64,000 bases of DNA from NCBI GenBank assembly GCA_046314355.1, contig JBKBWQ010000001.1, forward strand, positions 192,001 to 256,000. The letters are read 5' to 3'. The DNA comes from Candidatus Altimarinota bacterium (GTDB taxonomy: Bacteria > Patescibacteriota > Gracilibacteria > 1-14-2-50-48-13). Of the stretch, positions 61,784 through 64,000 are shown piece by piece. Numbering within the stretch: the stretch's first letter is position 1; each line of letters starts with the position of its first letter. The translations under genes were made by a program, and so were the position numbers. The notes beneath the pieces are model-generated. The model ran no database searches and was not told the origin of the DNA. It worked only from the letters and a program-made list of their open reading frames with translations.

Positions 61784-64000
61784 TTATGCAGGTACTGACC
61801 GCAGTCCTTGTGCTATTGCTGCATCGTTTGCATCCTTATAAGCATTTCTTGCTGTAGTTTCGTCTGTAATTAATGCTGCATTTGTCGGATCCATACTAAG
61901 TGCTCTACGCTTTTCTCTAAGATCCTTGCGTGCTACATCTCTTCTCTGAAGAGCAATCTTTTTGTCATAGTCATATCTCATGTACCGGTATCCAGCTTTT
62001 GAACCTCGGTATAGTTTTGGTATTGCCCATATTGCGACTCCAAGTGCCACTATAGTTATTGCTATATTAGCAGCTAATTTTGCATTTGGAGATGTACTGA
62101 GATAAGTATCCATCATCTTTGCCTGTCTTTTGATCCATTCAATATATTCATGTTTTTTAGGATCCCAGTTGAAGTCCTGCATTTCACGTTCTGAGAGTGT
62201 CAATGTCGCGCCATTTTCTCCATAAAAAATGTTATTTGTAGGAGTATCAATGAGTGCCTTTGTAAAGTCAGCCTTCAATCTTGGATCAGCCATGATTTCT
62301 TTCAATGAATAATCTCCAATACGTACATTTCCTATCTCTATTGCATCCTGAGGACTAAATGCTGTAGTGAACTTTGACCCCTGACTTTTTACCTTATTAA
62401 TATATGTATCAAGATATTCCACCATTGCATCTGCTTTTGCTCCTGGAGTAGGGTAGATAGCATCTGGGAAGTAGCTATTGATCATTGAGTTTACCATCTT
62501 CTGTCCATCGGTTGTATTATCGAGGCTATCAAGAAGTGTCTTAGGATCAACTACGATATCTCTTGAGTTACCACGAGTATCTATAAAGTATGGCTGATCA
62601 GTAGTATTATTTACTCCTCCACCATCGATAGGAGAATGATTTGCACTGCTTCCACCAGAGATATTTGTATTATTTACTCCTGAAGCGTTCTTATAAAGTT
62701 CCGCAAGCGGATCAAACGTAGACTGTACTGGTCTTGGCGCATATGGAAGACTTCTTTCTAATGTCTTATCAGCATTTGTCGTAATTCTTGAATCAAGATT
62801 TGGTACCTTTGCTGTAATGTTCTTAGATGTCGCTTGAAGATTTGCTGCCAGATTCTGGGACTTCACTGCAAGCGCCTGCTGGTAGTTGAATGCCGCAAGT
62901 TTTGTATTATATGTAGCCTCAGCTGCTACCTCTTCTCTATACTGTCTCTCAAGATTTCGTACATACTCTGTAAGCTGTCTCTTATTTGTCTCCGCTATAG
63001 CTATATCATCCTGTACACTTATAATCTTATCCTGGATTCGGAGTTTTTCAGCAAGGATTGTATCTCTATAAAGATTTACATTCTCAACTGTTGGAGGATC
63101 AAAGTCAATGAATGACTTTTGAGTTTCACGTCCGATACCCTTTGAGTAATCTTCTTTGATAAGATTTGAAAGCTTTTCCTGATATGCATTCAAGAGTAGT
63201 TTCTTAGCCTCTGGAGATGGATCTGCCTCAAGTGGAGCCACATATCGGTTAAAGAGATATTCAGAGTTGCCTTTGAAGTCCTCTTCAAGTCCCACCATTG
63301 AATTTGCATAGTCACTGAATTTTTCAGTGGGATAGCCCTTAGAGATGAGATAAGCATTATATGAACCTGTATTGTTTCTTACCGGATCCTCTGAACCATA
63401 GCTTCCAAACAAAGCTCCTACTTTGTCAGCTCTCGCCTGAAGACCTTCATAGAATGTGCCAGCTGTCTGTAATGTATCTGGAGATACATGCATATGCTGA
63501 TACCTTTCAAGCTCAAGTTTTGCAGAAGCAATCGCAGCCTTTGTAGCCTGAGGATTACCGAGTCTTGCTCTCATCTCATTCAGCTCATTGTAAAGCTTAA
63601 GGACATGCTCTTTCTGCGCAGCTGCTACTGTTGTGTAATCAATATCTGTTGCATTGTTTCCTTCTACTCCATTTACTGGCATTGCATTCTCATTGGTTGT
63701 AGTGAGAACGCTATTCTGCTTGCGTGTAAGTAATGCTTGTTCCCCTTCTGTTATCTCGCCTTTTGTACCGCTATATTTTGTACCGTGCTCTACTGGTTCG
63801 TCAGAGATACCCATAGCTCCATGGAAAAGCTCTTCATTAGTATATTCTGGCGGACATACTATAATTCTTTTTCCATTCTGGAAGAAAGTTGAAGCTTGTC
63901 CTACATATGACTTCCACTCCTTTTCAGGTGTATGTTCATCAATAACATTGAGCTTTGTAAGTAAAGCTTTCATGCTTTGTGGATCACTGATAGTTTCCGC
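61784..64000 (-). CDS. Large hypothetical protein with C-terminal TM, 5'-truncated by the window edge
   Basis: Frame open to position 64000; coiled-coil regions; IAITIVALGVAIWAI TM followed by a basic tail. Confidence 0.8.
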   Translation of the reverse strand, partial: AETISDPQSMKALLTKLNVIDEHTPEKEWKSYVGQASTFFQNGKRIIVCPPEYTNEELFHGAMGISDEPVEHGTKYSGTKGEITEGEQALLTRKQNSVLTTTNENAMPVNGVEGNNATDIDYTTVAAAQKEHVLKLYNELNEMRARLGNPQATKAAIASAKLELERYQHMHVSPDTLQTAGTFYEGLQARADKVGALFGSYGSEDPVRNNTGSYNAYLISKGYPTEKFSDYANSMVGLEEDFKGNSEYLFNRYVAPLEADPSPEAKKLLLNAYQEKLSNLIKEDYSKGIGRETQKSFIDFDPPTVENVNLYRDTILAEKLRIQDKIISVQDDIAIAETNKRQLTEYVRNLERQYREEVAAEATYNTKLAAFNYQQALAVKSQNLAANLQATSKNITAKVPNLDSRITTNADKTLERSLPYAPRPVQSTFDPLAELYKNASGVNNTNISGGSSANHSPIDGGGVNNTTDQPYFIDTRGNSRDIVVDPKTLLDSLDNTTDGQKMVNSMINSYFPDAIYPTPGAKADAMVEYLDTYINKVKSQGSKFTTAFSPQDAIEIGNVRIGDYSLKEIMADPRLKADFTKALIDTPTNNIFYGENGATLTLSEREMQDFNWDPKKHEYIEWIKRQAKMMDTYLSTSPNAKLAANIAITIVALGVAIWAIPKLYRGSKAGYRYMRYDYDKKIALQRRDVARKDLREKRRALSMDPTNAALITDETTARNAYKDANDAAIAQGLRSVPA

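Overview
AT-rich bacterial chromosome segment read in standard code 11. Gene content and style point to a Patescibacteria/CPR organism: pilin-like proteins, DUF4012, SLH proteins, few Shine-Dalgarno sites and many long orphan ORFs. That taxonomic call is an inference. The backbone is housekeeping: murG, ftsW, mltG, ybaB, rplY-rpsP-khpA, gatB, clpB, dnaG-rpoD-greA, rlmD, miaA, dnaX-fmt, pheT, ruvC, eno, tRNA-Ser(GGA) and tRNA-Gly(GCC). The most striking unexplained signal is a dispersed family of intergenic, self-inverted arrays of ~13-14 bp units (AATWATT plus a GGGCTC-type core). Five gene-less copies and one relic are present, plus one copy whose two inverted arms enclose a four-helix-bundle (TIGR02436/23S-IVP/Avd-like) gene, which resembles an autonomous/non-autonomous element pair. 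A second notable locus is a tRNA-Gly-adjacent cluster of three RelA/SpoT-superfamily genes (stand-alone HD hydrolase, long RSH with decayed synthetase, divergent stand-alone synthetase) with an EgtD-like methyltransferase. Two promoter-hairpin-terminator candidate RNAs are also present. All family assignments come from motif recognition by eye; no searches were run.
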